This document shows positions 56,302 through 56,894 of a stretch of 56,894 nucleotides of DNA, piece by piece. Position 1 is the stretch's first letter. Every line of letters begins with the position of its first letter. Source of the stretch: an uncultured Gemmatimonadota bacterium (lineage in GTDB: Bacteria; Blakebacterota; Blakebacteria; Blakebacterales; Blakebacteraceae). The notes beneath the pieces were generated by a model, which saw nothing but the letters and a program-made list of their open reading frames with translations, made no database searches and was not told the DNA's origin. The translations under genes and the position numbers were made by a program. The stretch is taken from NCBI GenBank assembly GCA_964576115.1, contig CAZNUA010000003.1, positions 79,116 to 136,009 of the forward strand. The letters are read 5' to 3'.

Positions 56302-56894
56302 ATGACTTCCCCTCGGAGACGCAAAGCGCGGGACCGGGACCTGCCCTCCCGGATCGCCCATTTCTCGGTCATGTTCTTCACCACCGTGGGCTGGTTGCTC
56401 GGAGCAGCCGCTCTGCATGTCTGGGGCTTCATTCACGGCTGGCAGGTACCGGTCGCGTATGCGTCGGCCATCTTTGCCCCCTTTCTGGGCAGGCTCGCCG
56501 CCCGGTTGCTGGATCGACTTCTAGGATTGACAACCGAGATTGTGTCCTCCGGTCGTGCGGCGACGGCATTGCAGGGGCACGGTGCGGGTCAGGGCCTGCT
56601 CAAACAGGGACAATATGAGGAAGCCGCGGAGTGGTTCTCCCTGGCCCATCTGGAGAATCCCGCCGACTGGGAGGCCCAGCTGCAGGTGGTCGAGATTATG
56701 CGGACTCATCTGCAGGATCGCGATCGACTGGCAGAGGAGCTGAACCGCCTGCTCAAAGCGCCCGGTGTGCCCGATGACACGTGGGTGGAGGCTGCTCTCG
56801 AACTGGGCCAACTCTGGACCGACGTCGGTCGCCCCGACCGGGCAGAGAGGGTCTACCAGCACATCCTCACAACCCGGCCCGAGCACGAGCGGGC
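56302..56894 (+). CDS. Membrane-anchored TPR protein (runs off the window end)
   Basis: Not in the ORF track. Manual translation MTSPRRRK...FSVMFFTTVGWLLGAAALHVWG... then GQGLLKQGQYEEAAEWF...NPAD and LELGQLWTDVGRPDRAERVYQHILTTRP (TPR-like); open to the end. Confidence 0.75.
   Translation, partial: MTSPRRRKARDRDLPSRIAHFSVMFFTTVGWLLGAAALHVWGFIHGWQVPVAYASAIFAPFLGRLAARLLDRLLGLTTEIVSSGRAATALQGHGAGQGLLKQGQYEEAAEWFSLAHLENPADWEAQLQVVEIMRTHLQDRDRLAEELNRLLKAPGVPDDTWVEAALELGQLWTDVGRPDRAERVYQHILTTRPEHER

Noticed and set aside
1-56894. CRISPR arrays, tRNA/rRNA genes, intact transposases or prophage genes
   Set aside because: None recognised by eye. Small ncRNAs cannot be excluded without a covariance-model (Rfam) search.

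Overview
GC-rich diderm bacterial scaffold, probably a metagenome assembly (100-N gap at 2179-2278). The ADOP permeases, acidobacterial-type PadR, and VPS10-like, DUF4838 and M28 proteins suggest a Gemmatimonadota/Latescibacterota/Acidobacteriota-like lineage (inference). Left to right: (1) 5' part of sufB with an Rrf2/IscR-like operator. (2) A Pho regulon: a Pho-box porin converging on pstSCAB-phoU-arsC-phoB-phoR, with arsC overlap-coupled between phoU and phoB. (3) Secreted and envelope proteins (GH172/DUF2961, a putative beta-barrel, a beta-propeller, an ADOP permease). (4) A ~10 kb variable region (17.3-27.5 kb) bracketed by two interleaved duplications of the 3' ends of its convergent flanking genes. 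It holds TolB-like, AmrB/MEMO, AAA-DUF4143, an RHH-MazF TA pair, IS91-like and serpin relics, a Ser/Thr kinase and a C39-like peptidase. (5) DUF4838, VPS10/BNR, GATase, a second AAA-DUF4143 and M28 genes. (6) padR plus two tandem ADOP permeases. (7) A ~13 kb tightly packed operon: M20 hydrolase, ALDH, class III aminotransferase, dihydropyrimidinase, PLP decarboxylase, AGCS symporter, unknown protein, hydantoin racemase, then a split PEP-synthase-N (ATP-grasp) / receiver-domain pair. The best candidates for undescribed biology are this operon with its non-canonical signalling pair and the integrase-free gene-end duplication architecture. No rRNA, tRNA or CRISPR was seen. All family calls rest on motif recognition by eye, not database searches.
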